DNA of 64,000 bases from the NCBI GenBank assembly GCA_965285935.1, contig OZ260663.1:93124001-93188000 (forward strand). Direction: 5' to 3'. The position numbers and the translations under genes are program-made. Shown piece after piece: positions 9,601 to 23,940 of the stretch. This DNA is from Ophelia neglecta (taxonomy: Eukaryota). Position 1 is the first letter of the stretch. Every line of letters starts with the position of its first letter. The notes under the pieces are model-generated. The model was not told the origin of the DNA, searched no databases, and saw only the letters and a program-made list of their open reading frames with translations.

Positions 9601-12600
9601 CCACCTGTACACTCGATGGTGTTTTAACATTTAATGAATAGTGTGTTATAATTAGTGTTGTATTAGACGTGCTTCGCTTTCTTCATATAAATAGGTTCTA
9701 CGCTATAATCCTGGCGGATTAGATGAAATCTATAGGGACGTTCAATGTACTGGCAAATAATACGGTACACATAGCTATTTTTAAAATAATTCTGCGCATT
9801 CCAATAATAATTGTTGAGAGTTAAGGGCAATTTTATCATGCACGCAATTGATATTTGATCTTCTATTCCCGGCTGCGGAAAACAAATATTGCAGCTAAAC
9901 CTATATCCAAGTGTCATTGGATTAACCTTCCATTGTTAAAACACACTTTGTTAAAACAGCAGGTGTTTCCATAATCAAGTAGCTTCGGTTAATGTATAGA
10001 TTATGCGGGTCATTGTATAATACCAACCCCCAGACTAGGCAGGAGTCTAAAGTACTCACCGGCCGATAGTCAGGGGCATACCTGTCTGTACTCGTTCTAT
10101 TGACGGCATGCATTTAAAGGTCATAACAAACCGTACGCAAAGCATTCAATATAGAGGCTGGAATTGAAATATTGATTTTTAACGGCATGAACGTGCATAT
10201 TGATTTATCTGTGGTAGTTTAGTCTTTGAGTCTCACTGGTCCGCAAGCAGAGCATATGCACATGCACATATTTTGATAAGAGTACCATTATAAAGCACCC
10301 CCACCCCATATTAGTTGAAAGGTACGGTTTACAATGGCGGGTTGGGTATTCAGAACCTACTCCGGCAAATCCCTGTCTGAACAAGTTAAGGCACAAATGA
10401 CGACAAATCACTGTACGCGTCTCTGTTAAATTGTGCAATGCCGCAATGGCCTTGGCTCATGTACAATCTTTTACGGAAATAGGTGCTAGTACAGAGGGTT
10501 TATTTTTAATTATTTTAAACCTGATATTCGCATTTAAGTAGTTATTGGTTCTTTGTATTAGTGAATGTTACAATGGAGAAAGACAATCTAATTTGATATT
10601 ATTCCGGCATAAACTATAGTCACTAAGTACGCATTAAATAAGTTATGTTCCTGCAATAAGTACAAAACCATTTTTGATTGTTATCAACATTTTGTACTGA
10701 TCAAGGCTATGGCATATGTAACTTAAAGAACGACTAAATATATTAATGATCAACCCTTGTCCCCTCGACACCTCGCATATGAAGCCCAATCACATCACCT
10801 AAACAATGCGTCTTAGCAATTTGCCTAATCTGTACACTACACTGGTTTGGAACCCTGGTTAGATCCCACTGCTGACAATATCCAGACAGCATTGATAGAA
10901 TGCAGGCACGTGCTGTTCTATACAGTTAATTTGGCACACAGAACATTGTATAAAAACGGCCCCTCAGACATGACTGTGTGACATGATTTGTCATGCTACA
11001 CTAATACGCTGAAGGATGTCTAATCGAAGGGAAGTTTATTCAGCCCCTACCAGGGATTTCATAGACCTTTTTTAATAACTTGATATGTCATGTTATATTG
11101 TAGCTCTGGGTGCACCTAAAATGTTTACTGTACTTTCACTCTATGCTCGTTGTTTTTCCTTCTCGCCAATGACAGAAGGTATTTTTCCCTATTTAAGGTG
11201 CATTTTCTTCATTATGTTTTATATTGTGCAGCAATACATTCAGATATTCATTGGTGCCATAAAACTAGTTTTTGTGCCGTGCTTTCCGTATTATATGCGA
11301 ATTATAATGCAGTATGTCTAATGGAATCACATGCATATCAACGTGTGTAGCACACTTAGAATAATCACCTAGCAAATGACATGGTTTACTCCAACTTGGT
11401 TGCTACCAATTAGATATGCTCGGATTCTGCATTGATTGGCTTCTTATGAAGTCTGCATTAAACAAGGTTGCAATTGGTTTCCAGAAACGTGTGTTTCAAC
11501 CAAAACTGGGGAAAATAAATTCTGTCATTAAGAAAAAACTGCTGGATATCTATCACTTTTTGCTCCAGCAGCATGATTAAACCCATATCTTGGCCATGTT
11601 AATATTATTAGTCAAACAATTCTCATAGCTTGAGTTAGTTGTATACATTTCAAACGATATTGCCGTCATGACATAGTTCGATTTTTAAGGATGCAAGCTA
11701 ATAATAGATATGGGTTCTCTTTACTTTCAGTGAAACACGACCTGTGCTTTTGGAACACACTCAACGCGTCCTGCGCCCAAAACGAGGTTATGCAAATGGA
11801 GCATGCGCAGTATGGAAGGATGTCCGTGGGAAGTTGCATACAAGAAAACGATGCTTACAATATGGGCTGTAAGAGAAACGTATTGAGTTATATGGACTCG
11901 GTTTGCTCTGGGAGACAGTGGTGTCAGCTCAAACTCCCGGATGAACAACTGGCAACAGAAAATGAGCCATGCCCTCGTATGATGTCGTACCTCCAATTAC
12001 AATACAGTTGTGTACAAGGTAAGTGAAGTTTGCAAAGCTTCTATTTGTTAATGAAATAAGCAGTAAAAAATGATGTTGTTTTGTTTCTGCGTGGGTTGAT
12101 TTTATCGGCCCATGAAATTAAGAACATAAACGTTATAGTGTTGTAAGTGCCACTTGGCTTATTGGATTTGAACTTTACGGTGTTACTTCCCGTAACAAAT
12201 ACGATTGATATTATTAAAAAATGTGAAAAATGTTCGATTCAACGTGCGTACTACACACAAATAAAAAAGCACACAGTGTGTATCATAATGGAATCATAGA
12301 TTGTTAGACCCCGGCATATATTCACTATGCTCGGATTTACACAGTATCTGAGAAACATTGAATCTTTTGTGTGTGTTTGCGTATCTGTTGTTAGAATTTT
12401 GACCGATTTTATGGATGTGTTATTTTCTAGTATCCTGTCTTGACTTCTGTCAAACTTTTTCAGCAGGTTTGCATTATTTAAGTGTATTAACTTTAAATAT
12501 ACTCATTCAAATACATGATGGGCCTACAGTCGGCCATATCAGTCACTGGGGAATGTCGATTTCCCTAGTCGCTGTCGCAGTGTGGTTGAGAGACTGGGGT

Positions 12601-15300
12601 CTTCTTTATGGCACACACCCAGCCTTTCCCTGACCTCATTTATAAAGACATATCAGTGGTAGGATTTATTTCAGTTCTAACATTCCCGACGCCGTGTACA
12701 CGAAACCCCCTCATAGTCACTAGAACAAAAGGCATGCTGTCAAACTACATCACTGGGCGGACTGGTCATGGTTCTTTCGACTGTCCTTGGGAGGTCCGGG
12801 GTTCCCCTGGTCAGAAGATACGTCTCACACTACATGACTACGGACTGTGGACGCCACCTAAGGCCGCTGGAGACGGTCCTGGAGTTCGGGGGACAGGAAT
12901 TCGACAAGCGGATGGTGCGGGTACATGTCCTATTTACGCCAAGATTAATGAAGGTAATGCATTGCCATAAATAGATACAAATTCGCAAGTTATCATTATA
13001 AAATAAATGGAGTTAAATGTGACTGGAATTGCAAACAGAAATTATCTAAATGGTATATTGGCGACTTCAAGGAAATCTTTCTTTTTTGTTTATTTCAATA
13101 GACACTAACTAAACCTAATGGTAATCTAATAAACTAAGTGTTGTAGAACCAAACATATTTCATTTCCTTTATGCATTCAGTAAGGGATTAAAGCTTCCGC
13201 GTCTCATGCTAATATTCGTGTTCCAAGTGTTTGTTCGTCTTGGTTGTGCCTTGGGTTTCATTCAGAAACCTCTGAATGAAACTCAAGGCACAACCAAACA
13301 AAAAGTACATTTGCTCTTGATTGATAGATGTGTTTCCATCATTCAACAGGTGAAATTAAGCGTTCTATCACCCTTTGTGGTGGTGAGGCGAGGAATAAAA
13401 TAGTATACATCTCAGAGGCAGAGAGCGTTCAGATCGTCTTGACTGACCCTAAGCATTCACACTCCCCGAAGTACTTCCTTCTTCAATACGAAGGCGAGTA
13501 GACTGCTATTGATAATATTAGAAATGTTAACAATACCTTTATAACAAACTCAATGTACATCGCAGAGCCACATCACCCGTGTAACTCATATTTTTTCCAA
13601 AATCCAAGCGTTCACTGTGACCACAAAATACTCAGATCGTCTTGCGCATTAATTTTGATTCTGATAACAGTTGTTTGCTGCTGTTATCATTCGCTTTATA
13701 TGGGATGCCATACATAATATTGTACGAAACTTTAAAAGGGTTTAAACGTTTCAATCAAAAGGCCCTATCTATGATATTTGATTCCTTTACAGCCATAGGG
13801 TGCCCGGCCTATAAACCACCAGAAGGCGCTGTTGTTGAGAAACATGGTAACGATATTGCTGTAAAATGTTCCAATACCGGAATTGAAACGATTGTGTCGT
13901 GTGACGGGAATAACTGGATCTCTGAGAAGGCAGTCAACAAATGTAACGCGTCAGGTTTGTTTATTTGGATTAATTAGTCACATTTAAATAACATGATATC
14001 GAATTTAACTATACTTTGATAGCAAAGCATAGCTCAATTAAGGACCAATACATAAGAAACAACCACTAACGTACATCAAACAATTTTCATTTTATTAGTA
14101 GATCAATTTAATTAGTATATCAACGTGATCAATGTTCAATGTATATTTTAGTCGTAGGTGGACCTTCTCTGTCAATGGGTGCCTTAGTAAAAGGTGTTCT
14201 GACCCTACCACAATGTAAGTAATAAAACCATGGATTCTCTACGTTATTTCACACAATGAATGCTACATAACACCAATAAAATACTGCTTTTTTCAATTTG
14301 TATACTAAACCTTTTTGGCTCACCTTTTTTATTACTAGTGTATTTTTGATCGATCACTTTCCTAATTAAGGACCTTGTATTATGATTTACATTATAAGTA
14401 ACAGATATTATCATCATAGAGATATGAAATTGTATTATGGACATGTATTACAGGGATACTCATTGCGATAATCATAGTCGCCGCCGCTATCATAGCAGTT
14501 CCTATCCTTGTGGTTGGCATTATTAGTTTACGAAAGTAAGTGTTAAAATTTACATTAGAGTCGTATAAAAAGCACGAAAGAAATAATAAGTAATGTGTAG
14601 GGTGTCATACCTTAACATTGCTAGGCATATGCGATCATTATCCACTACAATCACATAAGACCAGCTTGCTCAGTAAGTAAAGATTTTGTTTTAATACGAC
14701 AATCATATTATTTTGTATCTAAGGTTCGTTTTTATAATTTATCCATTTTACAGGAGGAACGATGCAGTGTTGAGGTCAGCACAAACTCCCAATGTGGACA
14801 CGGTGAAACGCCTGCCAGATTTAGGAAATTATGCTAAAGAGAACGATCTCATGCTGGACAAATATGAGAGATCGCGTAAGTCTCTTCAAGGCAGAGAGTA
14901 TACATCTACTGCAGACAGACACGGATCAGTGCGTCCGGATGTGGTGACACCTAGTGGAGGATTTCCTCCACTACATTTACCACCATCGTCATCCTACCTA
15001 GGCAAGGAAGGTTCTTTTGACAGGAAACCAAGTCATGAGTGCCACCCGTGGGATAGTAACCGGTCAACACTGCAACGCCCTCACCCCGACCATAAATATG
15101 AATCGCCGAAGGCCCTTCGGCGCACGCGCAGTACGAGTGACGCTAGTGATCCGTTCTACCGTGAGTTAGGCTCCGTGCACCCTGATTTGCATTCAACTTC
15201 GCAACTAGAGTACGCGGAATCAGATACTGAATCACTCGGAATGGACACACCAGTGCCGCTTTCACCGGGGGTACTTATAGGTTCTTCATACGAGAGCTGA
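6684..15300 (+). CDS. B1: subfamily B paralog, same architecture (~545 aa)
   Basis: Exons 6684-6756, 11731-12018, 12675-12953, 13350-13493 (GC donor), 13793-13954, 14152-14214, 14454-14535, 14754-15300; total 1638 nt, in frame. TM WILIAIIIVAAAIIAVPILVVGIISL-RK; tail REYTST, HKYESP, DPFYREL. Confidence 0.85.
8937..9020. mobile_element. Tiny inverted-repeat element, piggyBac-MITE-like
   Basis: ctattaactctttcaac ... gttgaaggggttaatag (15/17 inverted match), TTAA at both ends, internal hairpin gccctct-ac-agagggc. Confidence 0.45.
9407..9640 (+). repeat. B-subfamily intron-1 conserved block (copies ~24870-25092, ~30843-31070, ~42853-43072, partial ~26915-27290)
   Basis: Shared acggctttc..atct..gctaga..tgatc..atgct.ccctac..tact.g..atctgaca..tacaggc sequence. 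Confidence 0.75.
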
Positions 15301-17125
15301 GGAACTGAACACGTTTAAGTATGAAACTATTATTTGAATGGTAATCAAAGGACTGACCATGTGTCATAAATAAGTTGATATGGAAACGGTTACGTTCTTA
15401 AGTCTAAGTGCGCAAATGGTAATGCCCGTTACTCATTTAGAAAGGGTATACTTACTTCATCACAAATGACATTAAAACATTCTGGAGAAGTTCCTTGGCA
15501 GACATTGAGCACGTTTCATGCGACGAAATGTTCCAATTCTCGGATGTCAATATAGAGGTTATTCATCGCAGCCCCTATAGCATTGTCGTGACTGCTCCTC
15601 ACATAAAAGAAAAAAATCAAAATGAAGGTTTTGGATTAGAGAATGACACCAATTTTAAAGAGGGGGAGACAAATATGTTGTCCCTGACAATATATATCAC
15701 ATCCGGAGCATTCCACTAAAGAACAATATCTAGTGTTGGCAGAATCAGGAGATCCCATAAATCTCTCCGAACAAAAACACGTGACTACTCGTTTGGGTAA
15801 AAAAAAACTCAAACTCTCAGCTTCTGTTTATAATGCCGACGGCATCCTTAACTCACGTTAGACATTCTACAGTCCACGCTGTACGACAGAATTGCGGCAG
15901 GCCATGCAATAAGGAGCATATAACATCAAAGTTGCCAGAGCCCTTAAATGACAGTGTTACTAGTGACCAGTTCTACCACGTGTACGTGTAAGAACGAACA
16001 CAGACGGGTTATTACACTGATTCTCCGCATGATGACACAGACATTTTGCTCGTTGACCTCCTCCCGAGGTCATTTTTTATTTCATATTCCTGCCCAGGTA
16101 ATTCAAGGACTTCAGGACTGTGCGGTCAACATACGAGTTATTTGCAATTGGAAGCTATCTTTGGGCTTTGTTTTGTATGTGAACATTCGACGCAACACTG
16201 TCTACAAGAATGGATACATTATACACCAACGTAAAACTGAAATATGTGAATAAATACCTTTAAAGGTTTAAATCATGTGGAATATAAATGTTAATCAAAG
16301 TTTTTAGAATTGTGTGTCATGAACTACGATTGACTTGTTCGCTAATTAAAATGTTCTTCTCTGTGATATCTTTGTGTAAAGTTTTTAGGCTATTACTACA
16401 AAGAATGGATACATATACTTTACCTTCATGAAGAAAACAAATAAGCGTACAACAATACACATTTTTTTCAAGAAAGCTATATATGGTGGCGGACTATGTC
16501 CTGCAGACATGCCTAATGAATCATTATAACAAACCATTCACCACCATCGGTTAGCTACATCTCGCATACATAGTGTTAACACACATTTTTCAATGCTGAT
16601 CGCACAATATATGAATGGTTGCCTGCGAATTTCTATGTCGTATCTCTCAGCATTGTGCCTATTTCCGCAATAACATTAGTTCATTGGCCAAAGGCGGCAT
16701 TAGTACTGAAGAGCTGTCGTTACGATTATGCTGATATGTGATCAATAGAGGTGTTTATATTCATCATTTTAAAGTTTTGCCTCCTTTATATGTATTTTGT
16801 TAATATGTTGATTTTAGCTTCGATATTACTGCAAGCCCCGCAGCGAGTGACGTGGAAAAGTCTTATGGACCATTTTCCATCAATATCATAGTTGAACATA
16901 ATTAGGCAACCATGCGTATTTGTCTGTGAGATCAAACCTGAAATAACGTTACTTACCGAGTGAATGATGATAATAATTGATGGGGTAATAATCAACACCT
17001 GACTGTCTTTGTTCAGACTTTGCAATCCTAAACAATCATTCCGACCTCTTTTTTGGCTTGGATGCTTTAAATATAAGTTGAAGACCTTTGAACCATTGTA
17101 ATATAGAATATGCGATCAGCTAACT

Positions 17126-17222
17126 GGGCGAGTGCTGCGCACGGCGCCGGCGCTATGCTTACCACCCATTGCATGGCGCCGCGGTACAGTGTGCATCGAG
17201 TTCTGATACTGACACTACCAGT
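17126..17222 (+). promoter_or_regulatory. Conserved upstream element, A2 copy
   Basis: Core at 17162-17172. Confidence 0.8.
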
Positions 17223-17326
17223 TTGTGAAGGAATACCCTGCGTAATACAGATATATTGAGAAGCAGATTATAATGTGAGATTACAGTATTAGTATTGCAG
17301 TATTTGGATAAATACGCAGATTTGCA

Positions 17327-20300
17327 ATGGATATTATACCTAAAGACATTATACCCTTTGTGATCATGGCAATATGGCTACCAACAACGAGCTCGAGTGA
17401 GTACTGTAAATACATTATCATATTCCTTGGAACGCCATCTTGCGCATTTACCAACCTTATTGCTGCGTGTGTTAACCTTGCATCCATTACTGAAACCATT
17501 TTAGTGGGTTGGCTTGACTTAGACGTTAGCTTATAGTATGCAATTAATGTTCTGTTATTGCTACACATATGCTTCGTTCGTAAGTTTCATCGGAAGTGTA
17601 AATATATCAGCATTGTTTTTACGAAATAAAATCGCAAGAAGATACTACAGTGGTCCCAGCGATGAATGGCCACTTGCGATGGCAGGACAGTTTTTGAATT
17701 GCCATGTACATCTTTTCCGTGTTTAAGTACCTCCGATTGGGTGTCACCTGCAATGTAGGACCACTTTTCCTTTGATTTAGGGCAGGCACTTTATCGAGGA
17801 GACCTCTGTATATATTATAATCTGTGCATCAAACCTACGGACATATCATATTTTGTTTTGCAAAGTTTACATACATTGACAACTGTTTCTTGTTATAAAT
17901 TGTTCCTCTTATGTAAATATATAAATTATCTTTACAAACTAGCACATTGAAATTAAAGTTGTAATATATTACTCTCCAAATGACTAGATATGCAGGAGTA
18001 AGTCTCTGGTACCATAAACAACAAGTCTATGCATAAGAATTTGTTGTCGACTGTGGCGAAGCCAATTGAAATAAGGCCTAGGAGACAGTCTCCTAAACTT
18101 AATGCATGGCTCGACCTATAGAATAATGCCTAGAGCTGTTGATTGCTTTTCCTAAATCCGAATTGCAAATAATATAATATTTTATTAAGAATGATGAAAT
18201 AGAGAAGCCTATCATAGTCTTTTACATTTTGGGAAAATAAGGTAAAGTAGAACCCCACCTTTGTAGTTAATTTCCATTATATTTTAATTCGTGGAAAACA
18301 CCCTTTGGTGTACGGCTTTGTCTTAATGTAAGATAATGCAGCGGAAGAAAGCATAAAAATGATCTATAAAAGTATCTGATAACCTGTTTATCACATTTTC
18401 ACATGGATAAAATAGTTAAAGTCAATTGGGGATTAATCCATAGGGTGTTATATCAATATTAAATATGCATACGTGTCCTGTTAATGGGTCTGATCGTATC
18501 TTTATCAAATAAAACATTTCTTTTGGTTGAATAAAATATCAGAGTTTCAAGAAACTTGTACAGTTAGTTTAAATTTGTGCACTTTACGAAACGAGTACAT
18601 CCATGGATAAAAACACCAAATCAACTGTTTAATACAAAAGACAATGTAATATTCCGCGCGGTATCATTGGAATCAAGTAAGAACAACATGTTTAAGGAGA
18701 GTCACTAAGTCGTAACTATTTTATGTATTTCCAGTTTTATCGGAAAATAATTGACACGAGGTAATTAGATGAGACCATAACTGAATAATTTCAGGAAAAA
18801 CAGGCAATTTTTTTTCTAAACTAACACCAAATGTTTCAAAAATGAGCCGTCTATTCCCCTTTATGTGATAATTTTGGATATTTATTAATCATTCTAGGTG
18901 AGGTTTTAGAAAAACAGCCCGGGGACGCATTGCGGTTTGCTCATGTTAATTATTATTACGATTGGACACATGAAAGGCATATAACGACAGTTTTTACACA
19001 AAAAAGAGAGATAAACGCAAAATTTAGGATCAAGGATCTTGAAAAACAGGTATTTAGGATAACGAACTCATTTTTTTAAAACAAATATTAAAGTCTAAAT
19101 ATATTCTGTCTACCTGAAAAAGGTCAACCAAGATTAGATATTTTTCCTTACATTCATTCAGCAATAAATTAATGTGACCTTTGAAGCGTCATTTTAAACA
19201 AATGGGAATGTATTACAAAACAATATCATTTATCCATATAATCGGTCAGAAATTATCGGGAACAACTAACCAAAGGCTGACACCGAATCAGGCCCTTTGC
19301 AAATGCTTAGGAGCATATCGCCCATCCCCAAGGGACAGCCTGGAGGTGGAGGCGTACATGCCTTCTCTTCATCTAAGAAGAGAGAGACTTGGGCTGCAAT
19401 ACGTGACTCTTCCATCCCTTCCTTCTCTAGTGTCTTTAACCCTCCTAACCCTTAATTGTTTGCCACCATTCCTTAGTTTGGAATTCGAATCCAGCAATCC
19501 CTAGGCAATCTGGGCTTCGAACTCAGATGGATTGCTGACAAGAAGCTACCAAGGATCCCATCATGGACATCCTGAGTGCGATAGCGACTATTAAAAGTTG
19601 AGCGTGACAAAAACTTTTATGAACCGTTACTGGTCCTTTTTAATCGGAGCAAAGAGCTTTGACCCATACTTTTAGGATGTTTTACACAATAAAGCTCAAT
19701 AAAATATCCCATATACCATTACTACATGTGGACAAGAATGTACACAGTTCTGATACTAACACGAATTACACCCAACTACAGACACTTAATGGCCCACCTG
19801 GTGCTTATGTGTCGTTAAACCAAAAATATCCAAATCCACAGGCTCACACACAGGCTCACACCTTAGTAGACTATAAATATGCATTGAAAATTATATTGTT
19901 TATTAATAACACGATGTAACCGGGTTTGGTGCCTATTTGCACCGTAAGACGAATAAATCGTTTTCATTGTCATTTATAATATATAAATATTTTTGTTCAT
20001 GGCAGAATCGGATGATGTTTGTTTATGGAGCACATACGACGCTACCTGTGGTGTGAACGAAGTAATACAAATGGAGCGTGCGCTCTACGGACGGATGGCT
20101 GTGGGTCGATGTATACCAGAGAACGTTGGTTTCATGATGGGTTGCCAGGTAGACGTTTTGAGTTACTTGGACTCGGTATGCTCTGGCAGACAGACGTGTC
20201 AGCTTAGACTCCCGCAGGATCACCCAGCAGCTGAATATCAACCTTGTCCACGAGGGTTGGAATCTTATTTACAGTTACAGTACAACTGTACAGCTGGTAA

Positions 20301-22676
20301 ATAAACACATAAAGATCCATACCTCTTGAGAGTAAAATGATGCCAAATTAAAACCTATTTTTAGCATTTACATGTAAGCAGCCATCAACAATTATTGCAC
20401 AACTGTTATGTTAGTGACCCTTTCCAGTACACGCCCAAGCATCACCCTGTGACGGTAGCCCTATACTTGTGACGGGAACAACTGGGTTACTGGCAAATGT
20501 TATAACTGAACGGACTAGTCAAGGTTCTCAGGAATGTCCATGGGAAGTACGTGGGTCACCTGGACAGAAAATACGCCTCACATTGTACGATTACGGGATA
20601 TGGAGAGCCAAAGGGGATGACTCTGGAGTGAGGCATCCAGAGATGGCAGATATGTGTCACGTATACGCAAGGGTTACTGAAGGTAGGTCCATTTTGAAAC
20701 GAATATTATGGTATTGCATTCAATCAAATGACCAATATTTGCTATAAAATATCACCAATGAAGAACTAAAGTTATGGTTTTAAAATAAACGGGATAGACT
20801 TAAAGAAATATTTCAATGACTCTGTCCTCTTAAGGGCAGTCTGAATTGCAACGATAATAAAATAAGTTAGACTGCGCTATTTCTGCATATTCCGTGTCCA
20901 TCACCAGAACCCACTGGGAGTTCCATCACTCTTTGTGGGGGCGAAGCAAGAGAGAAGGTAGTTTACCTCTCGGAAACAGAGGTCCTGCAGATCGCTTTAA
21001 CCGACCCTAAACGCGATGTACACTCGACATATTTTCTACTTCGCTACGAAAGTGAGTACAAGCCTCAAAACATATGATAATAAGACAACCATTATTGTTT
21101 TATCAATATATTTGAACATTGTCAATGTCTGACACAATATTCAAAATAATAATTTTATATCCAGCTATGAATTTATTCAGCTGATCACAGTACAGTTTGC
21201 CAAATCAAATGTAATGACATGGATAATTTTCTAACCATTTCAGTCATAGGGTGTCTTACGTACATACCACCACCTGGAGCTGTTTTTGAGCGGCATGATA
21301 ATGTTATATCAGTAAAATGTCCAACTACAGGGAGTGTGTGGACTGTGGTGTGTGATGGGACGAGTTGGAAAGCGGAAGGAAACGTCACCAACTGTACTGA
21401 CATTCGTATGTACAAAAAAGAGAAAGCAAAAAACACATTTGCTATTTATTTGATATCAATATTTTTTCAATTCCATATGTCGCACAAAAGAAGCAGAACC
21501 AATACAAATGAAATGTTGTATATCAGTTATTGGTTTTTAGACAATAAAAAAATGGAAGTAGATCAAAGGGAACTGGTCGCGTCCACTGCAGCGCTGTTGG
21601 AGGATGACCTTACAATATCGCATGGTAAGAAACTAAAACCAAATATACTGAGTAGAATATAACGGCAAGAACCTTATATAACGTACACACTCTGTTCTGT
21701 GGCATATTCTTTCTTTTATTGCGGGCAAAGATCAGGAATTAATATAACCATTTAATCAGTTCTCTGCGAAAATTCAAGTTCTTGTTAATAATGTTAGCAA
21801 ACAAAACTGACAAAAGCAATCATTTAAACATGTTCGAAATATATTTTGCTTTGACATATCACATGAAAACGCTTTGTCTATTTCCAGGACTTGTGATTGC
21901 ATTCTTTTTGTCAATTGCTATACTCATCTCGGTCATTATTTCGGTGATCGGCATTGTTGTGCTGCGAAGGTACGTGCTGTGTTTCGTCACAAGACTCGCT
22001 GATTCGATTTACATGGGACTTTCTTTTCTTAAGTATCTTATACTTTGTATAATGTATGTGTGTATGTTTTCAAGTGTTCTGCATAGTTGGCACACTTAAA
22101 ATATAGCGTTCATTATGGAAACATACCAACATATGAAACAGACAGGACCCCTATACTTCATGCGCATGTCGTTGCAGGAGGCCAGAAACCGCGATAGAAT
22201 TAACTCCCGGATATAATGTGAAAGAAAATGTACCCATGCTGAACAAAGATCAGAGGGCGCAAGGTTCCCTTGGGGATAGGGATTATACTACTACCGCTCA
22301 GAGACACGCGGCTCTCTCTGCGGGGACCGTTACACATCTTGGGCGATTTCCGCCACTCCCGCAACCACCTACGGCATCATTCTCAGAGGTTGGACACTGT
22401 ACTGTCCACGGGACATTAAGCCGTGACCGATATCCGCGGGCCTATAACCAGGCAACACAACCTATCACCGATCATGGTTCATCAAATGAGTGGTCAAATT
22501 CCCTAAGGAGCACGCGCAGTAACGGTAAAACCAAGAACCATTTCTACCACGAGTTGGACCCGGAACATATCCATGGTAACACTGGGCCGCCACTGGATCA
22601 CAAGGAGCTCGACGTCGAAAGGTTTAACGGGAACGACCACGTGGAACCTCTTCCTGATGTACTCTTCGCTTCATAG
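17327..22676 (+). CDS. A2: subfamily A paralog (~528 aa)
   Basis: Exons 17327-17396, 20006-20296, 20428-20682, 20908-21051, 21244-21405, 21541-21624, 21888-21969, 22178-22676. GT-AG introns; total 1587 nt, in frame. Confidence 0.88.
17646..17810. mobile_element. Tc1/mariner-pogo-type MITE
   Basis: TA-CAGTGGTCCC... and ...GAGACCTCTG-TA termini; imperfect ~26-bp TIR (about 19/26). Confidence 0.6.
19285..19700 (+). mobile_element. Degenerate I-group LINE fragment
   Basis: QALCKCLGAYRPSPRDSLEVEAYMPSLHLRRERLGLQY resembles the GA(F/Y)RTSP..SL.VEA..PL.LRR segment after the RT of I-group elements (recognised from memory); right boundary approximate. Confidence 0.6.
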
Positions 22677-23728
22677 TAAGGACAACGCAAATATGATGAA
22701 GTTTAAAATGTACACACTGTCAGTGATTAACTAGTGATTTCATTAAACTGTTACATAGTCAGCGATTTGAAAGTACCCAATATAGTGGTAAAAGTTTGAT
22801 GTACATTTAGGATGAGTGCAACTATTATATAATGCGGATAGTTTCCATTTACTCTGCGTGAGAATAAATATTGCTTTGAGTTGAAAACACCATTTCTATG
22901 CTTATATAGCCGATGAACGAACCAGGGATATAATTATACTTTCTATTAGATATGTATTCGATGGAGGATTTTGGCCACAACATATAGAGTATTAAATTGT
23001 GGCTAATTATGAAAGTTTGTTCATTGACAAGTGCCATTGGTTGGAATAATATGGTGATAGTGGATTTACTACACGTTTCTCGTTGCTTCATTGAAGACGT
23101 GCTATATGAATAAACCATTCATTATCACAATGTGGAACCCATTACATTTGTGTGATGCTATCATTGCCTATTATGATTTTGATTCCTGTTCACAGTGATC
23201 CTACATCACCCATTTTAGCCGTATTCACTAGATTTTGGAACGGATGACAATGATGGCTGTCCCTGAAGGATGTTGAGTGAGCCCTCAGAAGTTTCGAAAC
23301 ATTTAGTTTCATTTGGCTATTCGTGTAGGATTATCTGCGAAGCATTGCATATTATATACATGGCATTGATGACACAATATTTGAATTCGTCGCGGATCTC
23401 CAAGTTAACTGATTCGGAGGAAGTTAAAAAGCTCATGATCGACGTGAAAGTTTATGTTAGATGTCACCTTAACCTCTTAAGATGGGCCAGCAATATCTCG
23501 GATAACAGTTTGAAAATAAGAAGTAAGAATGCCAACAAACAGTGATTTCAATAGTGGCTTCACTTTGGATAGCGCATCTTTTCCAAATGTTTTGCTACAT
23601 GATGATCACACAACATTGTTTGGATACATAACACACCAGTTTATCAATTAGTTCTACCATTTTAAGGTTGCACTTTAACTATTTCATTTTAACTTGATAG
23701 CATTTCAACAATTTTCCACACACGGTGA

Positions 23729-23818
23729 ACAGGGCGAGTGATGTGCACTGCGCCCTCGCTGTATTTACCACCCATTGCACTAATGTGTTCATCGAGTTCT
23801 GACACTGACACTAGCAGT
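23729..23818 (+). promoter_or_regulatory. Conserved upstream element before orphan B exon 1 (internal deletion)
   Basis: Core at 23768-23778; second GCACTGCGCC box partly deleted. Confidence 0.7.
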
Positions 23819-23867
23819 TTGTGAAGACTAATACTAAATTGATTATTGGAATACACACACACTTACA

Positions 23868-23940
23868 ATGAATACTCTCTTGAAATACTACAGTCTTATG
23901 TTAGTGATCAAGATGATGTGGGTACCAGACGGAAGATCGA
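23868..23940 (+). pseudogene. Orphan B-type exon 1 (signal peptide) with damaged donor
   Basis: MNTLLKYYSLMLVIKMMWVPDGRS aligns with B1/B2 exon 1 and follows an upstream-element copy. Donor is GTTCTT rather than GTAAGT, the intronic CGCCATYTT is missing, and no exon 2 occurs before the next element. Confidence 0.75.

Noticed and set aside
12520-12640. GC-richer insert in B1 intron 2, possibly a SINE tail on the minus strand
   Set aside because: No pol III boxes or TSD recognisable; cannot be supported without a repeat library.
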